A stretch of 64,000 bases of DNA from Bacteriovoracia bacterium (GTDB lineage Bacteria > Bdellovibrionota > UBA1018 > JBFWNL01). The notes under the pieces were generated by a model. The model had not been told where the DNA came from, searched no databases, and worked only from the letters and a program-made list of their open reading frames with translations. Position numbers and translations under genes: made by a program. The stretch covers positions 128,001 through 192,000 of the forward strand of contig JBFWNL010000003.1 in the NCBI GenBank assembly GCA_050251055.1, written 5' to 3'. Shown piece after piece: positions 49,394-59,600 of this stretch. Position 1 is the first letter of the stretch; each line of letters starts with the position of its first letter.

Positions 49394-51280
49394 TCAGCGT
49401 CGACCGGGGCCTGCGCGCAGCTCAGCTTTAGCGTCACTCTCGTCGAGTTCGAACAGATACTGCACAAGATCATTCAAATCGGCGTCATTCATCTTGTCAG
49501 GACCATGCGAACCGTTGCCATTTTTTTTAAGAAACACGTCTCGCAACGTCGCCGCCGAACCATCGTGAAAATAAGGCGGCGTCTGCCAAGCCCCTTTTAA
49601 TGTGGGCACATCGATGCCGACGAACGGCTGGCCCAGGCGTTGCCCGGTGGTCGGCTTGATCGTATCCACCATTCGCCGGGTCAGCGGCCCGCTGATGGTG
49701 AACTGCGGGCCCCCATGGCAGCTAGCGCAGTCGAACTTGCGGAAAACCTCGCGGCCGCGCTCCGCGACCGGAGATAAAGCTCCATTCGGAAGTCGGTACG
49801 GACTAGCCGGCGCCTGATCCAAAGTCGCAAAATAAGCGGCCAGCTGATCGAGCGCCTTGGACTTTCCCGCCTTAATGTCAACCGAGGGGTCCGCGTCGGC
49901 GTGAAAAGCGGCAGCCGGCATGAATCCGTGGCCACCAAAAGCCTTGCGCATGTCGTGCTCGAAATCTTGGATCTCGTTGAAATTGCCCGTCCAATGCACG
50001 GGCCCATGCCCAGTACCGCCCGGCCCGTTGAGCGAAATAGTGTTGCGCAGGCCTTCGCCGCGATCCCCAAAATCCCAAACGCGGCCATCTTGTCCGCCGT
50101 CCAGGTGGCAGGTGGCGCAGCTCATGCGGCCTTGCGCACTCATGCGGACATCGGCGGCGTTATGGAAAATCTTTTTCCCCGCGAGCACCGCCGCCGGCAA
50201 GGTCTCGCGCGTGATTAGCGACACCGTTTTGGTGAGCCGGATGGGTTCGCTGGCCAAGTTGTATATCGCCAGGTCGCGGGTCAGCCACTGCAACACGTAA
50301 AGCCGGGAATGCTTGGAATCGCGCGCGATCGCCAACGGGGCCCGTCCCGGTAGTTGGATGGGCGGGGAAAGCGGCGCCCCGCCCGCGATGGGGAGTCGGT
50401 CCAGCGTCTGCGTTCCCAAGGACGCGATCCACACGCGCTTACGATCGGACTCCGCCAGCGCAAACACGGGTAAATCCCGGCCGGGAAGCTCGCGCCGCTG
50501 CTCGGCGACCTCACGGCCCGTGGCGAGATCGATCTGCGCAACGAAGCCACGCGTGGTGAATTCAGAAGTGAGCGGTTGTCCGTCGCGGAATTTACCCCGG
50601 AATATGTTGTCGATTTTTCCCGTGACCCAGAGACGATCCGGGCTCTTCGTCACGGCTACCCCCAGCAAGTAGTTGGGCAAGCCCCGCATACGCTCGTGCG
50701 TGTCCGGGCCCTCACGCCGAGGCGCCAGCCTGAATACGCGAAGTAGCGCCATCTTCTCCGGATCGATCGCGTAGACTTCACCGCCCGAGTCAGGAGAAAT
50801 AAACCGAGCTACGTAAAGCACGCCCTGGGTGTCCTCGACCAATGCCCGGCCGGCCCCGGGGAGCGCAAGCCGCGCCGTCACCCGGCCTTCGCTCAAATCC
50901 ACCTTCAGCAACTCGGCCTTGGCTTCATCGCAGACCCAGATCCGATTTCCTCGCGTCACTAGGCCGAAGGGCAATCGACCATAACCCAGCTCGATTTTTC
51001 GCACGGACGGACGGCTGCTGTAGGGTTTATCGATGGTAGCCAGCGCGGACTCTCCCCGTAGGGAAATCACGAGACCTCCTCCGTTGGTCGGAGCAATCGC
51101 CCGGGGATCTCGTCCCACGGAGATTTCCGCGGCTTTCCGCAAAGTATGACGATCCACGGCGGTGATGCTACCCTGGTCGGGATTCACGGCCCAAACCGCA
51201 CGATCGTCCAGCCAAAGGGGCGAACCCTCGGCCGCCGTCGCGACGGGGCTAGCGAGCAAAAGCAGAATCCAGGCGAACAT
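49394..51280 (-). CDS. Secreted YncE-like beta-propeller fused to di-heme cytochrome c (CcP/MauG-like) domain
   Basis: Signal peptide; WAVNPD, VGRDPRAI propeller blades; CATCH and CASCH heme motifs; VPTLKG...PPYFHDGSAATL. Confidence 0.85.
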   Translation of the reverse strand: MFAWILLLLASPVATAAEGSPLWLDDRAVWAVNPDQGSITAVDRHTLRKAAEISVGRDPRAIAPTNGGGLVISLRGESALATIDKPYSSRPSVRKIELGYGRLPFGLVTRGNRIWVCDEAKAELLKVDLSEGRVTARLALPGAGRALVEDTQGVLYVARFISPDSGGEVYAIDPEKMALLRVFRLAPRREGPDTHERMRGLPNYLLGVAVTKSPDRLWVTGKIDNIFRGKFRDGQPLTSEFTTRGFVAQIDLATGREVAEQRRELPGRDLPVFALAESDRKRVWIASLGTQTLDRLPIAGGAPLSPPIQLPGRAPLAIARDSKHSRLYVLQWLTRDLAIYNLASEPIRLTKTVSLITRETLPAAVLAGKKIFHNAADVRMSAQGRMSCATCHLDGGQDGRVWDFGDRGEGLRNTISLNGPGGTGHGPVHWTGNFNEIQDFEHDMRKAFGGHGFMPAAAFHADADPSVDIKAGKSKALDQLAAYFATLDQAPASPYRLPNGALSPVAERGREVFRKFDCASCHGGPQFTISGPLTRRMVDTIKPTTGQRLGQPFVGIDVPTLKGAWQTPPYFHDGSAATLRDVFLKKNGNGSHGPDKMNDADLNDLVQYLFELDESDAKAELRAGPGRR

Positions 51281-51285
51281 GGAAG

Positions 51286-52038
51286 TTAATCCACCACCAT
51301 CAGGGAAGTGCGGCAGTTTTCACCCCAGGTGCTCGGAAGGGAAGCGCTCCCCCCGTCGCCACCCAGCGGCTCGTGCGCCGAAGATCCCGTGTTGCCTCCG
51401 TAACAGCCGCTCTTGAATCCCGCGTGAGCGGTACCGGATTGGCGCATCAACCGCGGTATTTCCGCGCTGGAGCGGATGCCCAAGAGCGATTCGATCTGCC
51501 GGCGGAAATTCAATCCGATCTGTACCAGCGACGCGCCCTCTCCCCCGCTGATCTGAATCCCGGCATCACCCGGGGAAGGCAGGAACTGGATCTGATAGCT
51601 GCCCGTGTCCGTAAACGTGCGAGAAGGCCCGTGAACCAAAACGCTATAGGGCGACAACTCGAGCGGATTGCAGTGACGAGCGACGTCTAAATCGATGCGG
51701 GAGTAGAGTCCTTCGCGTACCACACCAGAAAAAAGATCCGTGCCCGCGTAGCCGAAGCCAATCGACCGCTGAATCGGAATTTCAATCGGGGCTCGGCTGG
51801 GTTCCGATGACGACAACCCGAGAGAATTCACGCAGAACTGAACCGGTAGGTCGGCCTCTTCGTAACTCTCCGGCAGGAAATAGCCGTCCATGCGCAGATG
51901 CGCGACCACGTCTTCCGGTGTACCAACATCGATGCCGCCGCCGCCGGCGGAAACGGTATACGGTCTCGAGCACGCGGAAACGGCGAGCGTCGCCGCGAGG
52001 CTAAGCATGCGAATAATAGGAAGCAACAGTCCCCCCAA
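51286..52038 (-). CDS. Hypothetical lipoprotein
   Basis: Lipobox VSAC (start possibly 52008); 5 bp upstream of the cytochrome gene. Confidence 0.55.
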   Translation of the reverse strand: MGGLLLPIIRMLSLAATLAVSACSRPYTVSAGGGGIDVGTPEDVVAHLRMDGYFLPESYEEADLPVQFCVNSLGLSSSEPSRAPIEIPIQRSIGFGYAGTDLFSGVVREGLYSRIDLDVARHCNPLELSPYSVLVHGPSRTFTDTGSYQIQFLPSPGDAGIQISGGEGASLVQIGLNFRRQIESLLGIRSSAEIPRLMRQSGTAHAGFKSGCYGGNTGSSAHEPLGGDGGSASLPSTWGENCRTSLMVVD

Positions 52039-52137
52039 CTACGTACCTACGGACACTTGCGTACCCTCTATTTTATATTGTTGATTAAATTAGTTCAATA
52101 TTATTTAACTCATTGAAATAACTAATAAAATTATCGA

Positions 52138-53691
52138 TTACCCCCCACACACCGTGGAGGGGTAGTTCGTGTCCGTGGCCGACAGGCATCCGGCTGGAAT
52201 CCACTCACCCTGGCTCCCACAACGGTACGTTTGGCTTGCTCCCACCGAACTCGAGCAGGTGTCGTCGTCCGCCGGCGAAAAAGCGACGAAGTCTTCCCGG
52301 CAGCGGGAGTTCTCGGAGTAAATTTGAAAACCCCACGTACAAGGTACCGGCTCGGCGGGTTTCCACGATTTCCGGCAGTCGTCACCAATGCAGATCTGAT
52401 CACATTCGCCCGCTTGGGTGCAGCTGGCTTCCGGCCGCCGACAGATCGGCGCAGGTGCCGCCGCGGTGAAGTCAAATCCATAGAGTGCTTCGTTCGCCCC
52501 CGTGCAAGCGAACGCCTGCGCCGCGAACGGATTGATGCCTGCCGGGTTGGCCACCGTGGAAGCCAGCGTCAAGTTCGTCGCCGAAGGCGTGATCGTCACC
52601 CCTAGGGTCCCTTGCAGATTTCGAAACCGATTCTGCTCGGGACTAAGTTGGCTTAAGCCGCCATAAATCGGATAAGCGTTCGGCACCGTACGTCCCTCCT
52701 CGACCTCGCGAAACGGCTCCAAGCTCCAACCCACCTGATCGCCGCAGATTGCGCCTTGGGGTCCGAAGCCCAGGAGCATTCGACGCGAGAAGGAGCGGTT
52801 GACCACGCCGACCGGACCGGGGATAAATCCCGCGGAGGCGCACCCCGACGCCTGCTCGGGACCCAAGAACTTCACCGACTCGAGCCAGCTTTGGCCGATA
52901 TCGAAAAAACGAGTCTGATAGAAAGTACCGGCGCCGAATGAAAGCGTATCGATCGAAGAGTCCGGCTGTACGTTCAAAAACGCATGGCCGCTGAGCATTT
53001 CCGAGCCGACCGCGAGTGAGTTTAAGGGGGGTGGGCTAAACGCGGATCCGGGCGATCGCGTCACTTGGAATTGGGAAAACTCACAAGTTTGTTTGCTCAC
53101 CACGTAAATCCCTCCGACGGCCGTGCAAAAGCTATCGTAGTTAGAAAGGCTCGGCCGGGTTTCCACCACGCATTCGGACAAACGGTAACGATCGGGCCCG
53201 GTCGCCACGGTTCGCACCGAGAACGGCACGCGCGCAACGAGCGGAAGCTTGCCTAAAGGACCACCCCCTTGCCTTTCGGCGGTGAGCTCCACCACGAGAT
53301 TCAGTTGCGGTGTCGGGCCCGCAAACGACACGCTGGTGGCGCGAAAACGCCAGTCCGTGAGCGTATAAGCGCGATTGCTCGATAACCCGCGCGGAAAAAC
53401 GAGATCAGTGTCGAAACGAAGCTCGTTTGGGCTAAACGGGATTTCAAAGGGCTGGAAAGATGCTTCCGTCGTGAGCTGAACCGTCCGCTCCAGGGCTGGC
53501 CAGGACGCCATCAGCGTAGCGCAGGTCTCACGCTTACCTAGGAGGTGACTCATCTCCCGCACGTCGGAGGCCCAGGTTTGTTGAACGTGGCTGCTTTGCA
53601 ATGCCAAGCGCTGGGACTTGCTCGTGCTCGCCAAACCCAGGGCGCCAATCACGAGGATGGACAATGCAATCAAGTAGGCTTCCAATCTCAT
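52138..53691 (-). CDS. Pilin-like/fibre-like Cys-rich protein C
   Basis: N-terminal hydrophobic helix; CTAVGG, LLGFGPQGAIC, FRNLQG, CDQICIGDDCRKSW; collinear with the two upstream paralogs. Confidence 0.7.
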   Translation of the reverse strand: MRLEAYLIALSILVIGALGLASTSKSQRLALQSSHVQQTWASDVREMSHLLGKRETCATLMASWPALERTVQLTTEASFQPFEIPFSPNELRFDTDLVFPRGLSSNRAYTLTDWRFRATSVSFAGPTPQLNLVVELTAERQGGGPLGKLPLVARVPFSVRTVATGPDRYRLSECVVETRPSLSNYDSFCTAVGGIYVVSKQTCEFSQFQVTRSPGSAFSPPPLNSLAVGSEMLSGHAFLNVQPDSSIDTLSFGAGTFYQTRFFDIGQSWLESVKFLGPEQASGCASAGFIPGPVGVVNRSFSRRMLLGFGPQGAICGDQVGWSLEPFREVEEGRTVPNAYPIYGGLSQLSPEQNRFRNLQGTLGVTITPSATNLTLASTVANPAGINPFAAQAFACTGANEALYGFDFTAAAPAPICRRPEASCTQAGECDQICIGDDCRKSWKPAEPVPCTWGFQIYSENSRCREDFVAFSPADDDTCSSSVGASQTYRCGSQGEWIPAGCLSATDTNYPSTVCGG

Positions 53692-53703
53692 ACGGTCGCT
53701 CCC

Positions 53704-55203
53704 CTAGGTATGGTCATCCCGACAAACCGGGACCCCTTCGCAGGGGCCCGTTTCGGCCGATGGCGCGCTCCAGGTTCCGTCGGGACGGCACGCGTGGAAC
53801 CGCGCCAAGCCGTTCGGCGGCTGGGTCGTAAAATCACACTGTGCCAGTCGGCAACGCGCGCCCGGGGAGTAGGCCAATCCCCCATCGCGGCAAACCGCGT
53901 CGGCGCCGGGCCGGACATTCCAGTCCCGACGACAATCCCCACCCAAACACACCTGCGCGCAGCTGCCGGGCCGGTCGCACTTCAGATCTCCCACCGTGCC
54001 CGTAGAAACGCAGATCGGCGTACGGTTTCCGTGAAAACCGACGAGCGTCTCGCCTGCTCCGCAGCTCACTTGCGTCGGCGGATTCACCTGGGAGAGGCGT
54101 AAGTTCGTCACCCCACCCGAAGCGTTTACCGAAACCCGGATCGGCGCGGCGCCCTCGAGCGCGCGCAGTAGAATCTGCGAGCTAGCGGGATCCTTGCCCG
54201 CGACCAGACTGGCCGTGCCGCCGAGGCTAACGGCGTTTTGCAGGGTGCGCGCGCCGCCGTTTTGATCCGGCTCGCAGATTAATCCTTGGGCGCCAATCCC
54301 GCGTAAGAGCTGGCCCGCCGGACAGCGTAGGTCCGCGGACGCGCTGACGGCGGGCACGCCGGCATCGCTCTTCAAGGAAACACTACCGCCATCATAGCGC
54401 GCCGTGACCCCAACTCCTTGATTCTGCGCCAACAAACGAACGTTTCGGGTTTCACTCCCCACGCTCAGTTGGTGATAGTTTTCTCCCGGCGAAAGCGCGC
54501 GCCGGAAAGAGGCGGTAGAAGTGACGCGCATTTCCGGAAACACGCATTTTTCCCGGGCAGGAGCCGTCGTGGTATCGACCAACCATTTGCCTCCCATCAA
54601 CCGGCATGCCTCCAGCGGCGACCGCGCCGCGCCTCGCATGTCGATGCATTCGTTGGCCCGGACGTTCGCGCCGGCAGGAATCGTCGAAACCCGCAGCGGC
54701 AAGGAGTAAAGCACGGAAGCCGCGCCGATCCGCTGCCCGCTCTTGGTCGCGGTCAATAAGACCGAAAGATCGTATTGGTTCGCGGGCAAGGGTTGAGCCG
54801 GATCCGCGGGCAACCCCACGGCGAAAAGCCCGTTGATCTTCAAATCGGTGCCGGGCACATCCCACGCGGCCGCGTTGGGTAGGCAAGGACCGCGGGCGAG
54901 AACCTGCTCCGATCCCGTGCCGATGTCGATTTTTTCCACGCATTGCCGCAGCGTCTGCGGCTGGGTGGGAGAAAAAACCACCGCCACGTTCTGCAGGAAA
55001 CGCGTGCACTGTTCCTTCGTATGCAGGACATTCTGAACTTGCGCGGTGAAGTCGGCCCACTGCGAACTCATCGCCACGTTGCGAACGGAGCGCTGCGTGG
55101 TGGCCCCCAGCTGCATCCACGCCAGCAGCAGCGTAGCAAGCACGGCATTCACCAAAACCGCGCCGATGATCGAAAAACCTCCGATGGATTTCCCCCGTCC
55201 CAT
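53704..55203 (-). CDS. Pilin-like/fibre-like Cys-rich protein B (class III signal-like, no Glu5)
   Basis: MGRGKSIGG|FSIIGAVLV; CRLMGG, CPAGQLLRGI..QGLIC, CGAGETLVGF, CAQVCLGGDCRRDW. Confidence 0.72.
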   Translation of the reverse strand: MGRGKSIGGFSIIGAVLVNAVLATLLLAWMQLGATTQRSVRNVAMSSQWADFTAQVQNVLHTKEQCTRFLQNVAVVFSPTQPQTLRQCVEKIDIGTGSEQVLARGPCLPNAAAWDVPGTDLKINGLFAVGLPADPAQPLPANQYDLSVLLTATKSGQRIGAASVLYSLPLRVSTIPAGANVRANECIDMRGAARSPLEACRLMGGKWLVDTTTAPAREKCVFPEMRVTSTASFRRALSPGENYHQLSVGSETRNVRLLAQNQGVGVTARYDGGSVSLKSDAGVPAVSASADLRCPAGQLLRGIGAQGLICEPDQNGGARTLQNAVSLGGTASLVAGKDPASSQILLRALEGAAPIRVSVNASGGVTNLRLSQVNPPTQVSCGAGETLVGFHGNRTPICVSTGTVGDLKCDRPGSCAQVCLGGDCRRDWNVRPGADAVCRDGGLAYSPGARCRLAQCDFTTQPPNGLARFHACRPDGTWSAPSAETGPCEGVPVCRDDHT

Positions 55204-55216
55204 CTCGTCCCCCTCT

Positions 55217-56668
55217 TCAACTTCCGCAAAGCGGCACCGTGGCGCGACCACAGCTGCGGCTCCACTGCCCGTTCGCTTCACACTGGTAGATCATCGCGTG
55301 CCCCACCCGTCGGCCTTGGCTGTGGCAGCTCGATCCGTACACTCCACTAGCGTCGTATTGCGGACGCGTTTCGCGGCAGCGCGCGCCCGCCGTATAGGAT
55401 TGACCCCGAAAAAAACAGGTGCGGGCCGTAGGAGCCGGGAACGACGCCCGGCAATCGCCGCCGATGCAGAGCTGGTTACATGCACCACCAGCCGTACAAG
55501 TCCGATCTAGGATTCCGCCCGCCGCCGCATTCCAATTCGGCGTCACGCAGTTCACCACGCCGCCCGCCTGCACGCCCCGGGCGACTTGACCCGCTGGACA
55601 AGGGCTCACTTCCCGGAAGCCTCCGACCGTCCCAACGACCACGCGCTCCGCATACTGGGTGACGGTAATGCCCGCGCCCGCCGTCAGTCCCTTGAATTGG
55701 AATACTCCGTTCGCGCCCGGAGTGACGTTCGCCAGCAAGGCATCCCCACTCCCTTCGCCGGATCCCGTGTAAATCGAAGGCGCCGCCGGGGACTCGGCGT
55801 CAGACGCGCATACCGCGCCCGTGGCATCGAACCCCACGAGCTTATTCCCCGCCGGGCAAGCCAGCGGAGGATCCACCCGCAATGCGCGCGTGGGCGCCGC
55901 CGACAGGGCGCTAGCGTCCACCGTCCATCGGCCAGGAAAGCCTTGCACGGTCGAAACCTCCACGATGCCCGTATCTCCCCGCGCCGAAACGTAGGCGCCT
56001 CCACGGGTGCCGACGAAAAGACTGCCCGGGGCACGGAGCGCGGGATCATTCAAAGTGGCGGGATCCGTGGAAACCACCAGTGAGCTCAGGGCACAATCCA
56101 CGCTACCGTCGCCATCGGAATCGGCGGGATCAAGCGCGCGACCGCCGGCCAGTCGGCAGATCTCCACATCGGAAAACTGGGCGTCGCGCGGCACGTCGCC
56201 CGCGCAGCGGCGCATGAGATACTCATCGCCTTGAACCTGTTCAACCGCCACGGTCAAGGGGAACTCCGTGCGATAAACGCGGGCGCCTGCCGTCGCGGGT
56301 CGGCGCGCCGCCACGTTCACCGCGAAGTGAAAAAAACCGGAGTCCCCACCGGATCGACCGCGTAACTCCAGCGCGTCGTAAACCACCCCCCCGGCTGTCC
56401 ACGTCGGAGGAACCGGAACGGAGATACGAACCGCCTCCAAGCTTCCGCCTACGCCCACGTTGAAAGTGCGGGTGGGCAAGGTTTCGAGGAAGGCCGTGCA
56501 GCGGGCCGGATCCAAGAGCTCCAGCTTGAGCTCCTGGATCCGGCGTTGCAGATGATGCCCGCCGTCCAAATCTCTGCCCTGGCGGTGACCCTCGGTCAAC
56601 ACGCTGGCTCCGGCGAAACTCACCGCCGCTACCATCGCTAGTCCGACCAAGAGTTCCCCCAGAGTCAC
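55217..56668 (-). CDS. Pilin-like/fibre-like Cys-rich protein A
   Basis: MTLGELLVGLAM pilin-like start; CRLAGG, CPAGNKLVGF..GAVC, FKGLTAGAGITVT, CNQLCIGGDCRASF. Confidence 0.72.
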   Translation of the reverse strand: MTLGELLVGLAMVAAVSFAGASVLTEGHRQGRDLDGGHHLQRRIQELKLELLDPARCTAFLETLPTRTFNVGVGGSLEAVRISVPVPPTWTAGGVVYDALELRGRSGGDSGFFHFAVNVAARRPATAGARVYRTEFPLTVAVEQVQGDEYLMRRCAGDVPRDAQFSDVEICRLAGGRALDPADSDGDGSVDCALSSLVVSTDPATLNDPALRAPGSLFVGTRGGAYVSARGDTGIVEVSTVQGFPGRWTVDASALSAAPTRALRVDPPLACPAGNKLVGFDATGAVCASDAESPAAPSIYTGSGEGSGDALLANVTPGANGVFQFKGLTAGAGITVTQYAERVVVGTVGGFREVSPCPAGQVARGVQAGGVVNCVTPNWNAAAGGILDRTCTAGGACNQLCIGGDCRASFPAPTARTCFFRGQSYTAGARCRETRPQYDASGVYGSSCHSQGRRVGHAMIYQCEANGQWSRSCGRATVPLCGS

Positions 56669-56681
56669 GTCACGTCTCCCT

Positions 56682-59600
56682 TCAGTTGTTCGTTAGGCCA
56701 AAACGGCGGTTCGGGGCGCCGATCATCATGTCTACTTCCTCGTCCATCGACAAGATCACGGTCTGAGTCTGTCCCGGATCACCGATGCGGATGAAGTAAC
56801 GACCTTCCCGCAACGACTGGCCGTTAGCCGACATCACTCGCGCCGATACTTCGTACAAACCCGGCTCCGTCCAGAGGAAGTAATAGTTCCCCGGAGTCGA
56901 TCCCGGCGTCACAACGCCGTCATCCCGGTGATAAGCGACCGTCGTGTTCGCCCCACCCCAGACGAAACAGTTCGCGCCGCCGAACTGGGAGGCGCATCCT
57001 CCCTGACTCGGACCGTAGACCACGCCGGGATAGGCGAAGCCGGGGTTATGCGGATCGAAGGGCTGGAACTGGCTTTGTCCCGGCGCTTTGTACGCGAGCT
57101 CGATACGTTCCGGACGGCATCCCGTCGGCACGGTCGCAAAGACTTCCGGGAAAACCTGCTCCGGATACGCCACGCCGCTGAGGTAGGAGTCGCCGACGTA
57201 CCGGCCGCCAAACCACTGACCTCCGCTCGACTGAATCGGCGCCGTAGGCGTCAGACCTTCGATGGTGATGGAATGGATGCGGCTGATCTGGCCGGTGAAC
57301 TGCGCCCAGCTGATCGTACGCACGTAAGGCGATCCGTCCGGGAAGTCGGGCGTGATCGGACCAATGGGGTCGAACGAGTGGATCCAGGGCCAATTGGCCG
57401 GACATGCCGCCGTCACCGCCTCCACCGTGAGGTTTGCCGTGCGGGTACCAACAACCGGCGTACCCGCGCTCGGATTCGATTGACTGCGGAACTCGAGCGC
57501 ATACGTACCCGGCGAAACATTGGGCACGTGCACGGGCAACGTCGGCTGGTTCCCATTGATGCTCAGGGCGAAACTCCACGCAAGGGGCGCTTGCGCATTC
57601 GGGACCGACGCACTGTAGACCACGCCCCGGCCCGGCCAGGACATCTGCACCGCGTACGGGAAACATGCGGCCGGAGGCGTCGATGCGAACTGTCCGGTCG
57701 CGCTGACCTGGGTTACCGCCTGCGCTCCCGATTCCGGGATCGTGGGCGGCGTGAACGTGAACGAGTTGAAGTTCAAACGCGGGCAGCTCGCCGCAGCGAT
57801 TCGCACGGTCGCCGTCGAGCTGTCACGCGACTGCGCTCCCAGCGTCACGCGGGCGTAATACCCGTGATCTCCGTAAGCAAGATCGCTATCGGCGGCGACG
57901 GCCGTGGATAGGGCCGTCGGTGGCGGCGTGGGCAAGTTGGGGCTATGGGTGAGATAGCTCGCCACGGTCACCGCCGAACCCCGAGGGGCCGCGGCTTCCC
58001 AATTCACGCCCGTGTATTGGCCATTGCTTACGCGACGAAGCACGCGGTCGCCGCCCGCGGCCGAACGCCGGATCTGCACCCGGTAGTCGCAGCTCGCCGG
58101 CAGGCTCTGATACTGAGCATTTACCGTTCCTTGAATCGTGAACTGCGCCGCACCTGCCTCGATGATCGCGGTCGGAGAGGCCGGGTTCACGGCGAGCGTC
58201 AGCTGGCTATAGAGCTCTTGCGGAGCCGGACAAGCGCGCACTTGTACCACGGCGGTGGTTTCTCGCCCCACATACTGGGCGAACTCCGGCGTCAGCGCCG
58301 GCCACGGCCCCAGGGCGGAGTACGGAGTCCAGCGTACACGCAGCTGGTAGTCACCCGCAGGAGCCGGGCCCGACGGATTGGCCGCCGGGAACGCTAGCGC
58401 CGCCCACACCGCGCTCACCGAGAGACTCTGGCCGGCTTCGCCGGGATTGATCACGCGGTCCACCGCGAAACTGTCGGAAAACTGCGGGCCCGGCGTGTAG
58501 CTTCCGAGCGACCCCTGTACCCCGGACGCCACGTCGTATTGAAAACGGTTCTGACCGCATCCCCAAGGGATCTCCGCCGACGAGGGTGCCGCCACCGAAA
58601 AGCTAGCCTGCGCGACCGAGCTAGCGCCTCCCCAGACCTGATTCGGCTGCGGGCTCAAGGCCAAATTCTCGGGTTGGCACTCGGGGAAGATTCGCAGGTA
58701 AAAGCGCACCGAACCCCGCTCGATCGCATTCAGCGATTGAAACTCCAGCAGCTGTCGCTTCACGATCGTGCCCGACTGGTTCAGGATGTCCGCGCCGTCG
58801 GTGATACGATCATAGATGCGGCGAGAAACCCGCCAGACTCGCGGTCCCATGTCCTGCTCGCCGGTGCCGGTCCAACCCCAGCCCTGACGTTGGGGGCTCG
58901 TCGGCAGCACGTTGACATAGAGCTCGCCGGTTGAAGGAATATTCGGGTGCTGGGTAACGCCGTAGTTCGACGGGCTAGGCTTACAGGTGATTTCCCACTT
59001 GGGCGGATTGGATCCGGCGATAATCCCAAAGGTCGGATTGTAGCGCTCACCCTCCCGAGGGCACTCACAAAGCGCGGGGTTCGACGGCGAATCGCAACGG
59101 TAGCGTACCGCCGTGGGCTCGAACACGAAGCTGCCACGGACGCTGCCACCACCCACGCTCTCGATATCTTGGGCAGGATTTTCCATCGCACCCCAAGCCA
59201 TACGTCCGCGGTTCCACTCGCTCGACGCCTGGGCGTCAAGCACGTATCCATTGCCGCCCGCGCAGTTCCCGTTCGCGTCGAGCTGACAGGCGCGCAGAAT
59301 GTTCGCGCAGGTGTGGTCGGACTGAAAGGAGCTACAAGCCGCCAGCTGCAGGGCGAACAGGCGCACGCCCTCGCCCACTTTAACGTCCAACACACGATTA
59401 GGATTCACGTCGTCACCACAGGCCGGAACGTCGGTGCGATCAGGCTGGATGAACTGCTCGAACCAGGGCCCCGTCAAGCCGTGCTGTAAATGCGACCAGA
59501 TCTGCTGCTCACGTTGGGCATCGAGATATTTACGATCGATCGGATCTTGGGAGTTTTGGCAAACAATAGCCGTACGCACGGGCGCGCCGCCCGTGGCCGC

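Noticed and set aside
52138-56668. Shufflon or DGR diversification of the PilV-like fibre tips
   Set aside because: Each paralog is a complete gene; I saw no sfx-like repeats, inverted partial C-termini, recombinase, reverse transcriptase or near-identical TR/VR pair.
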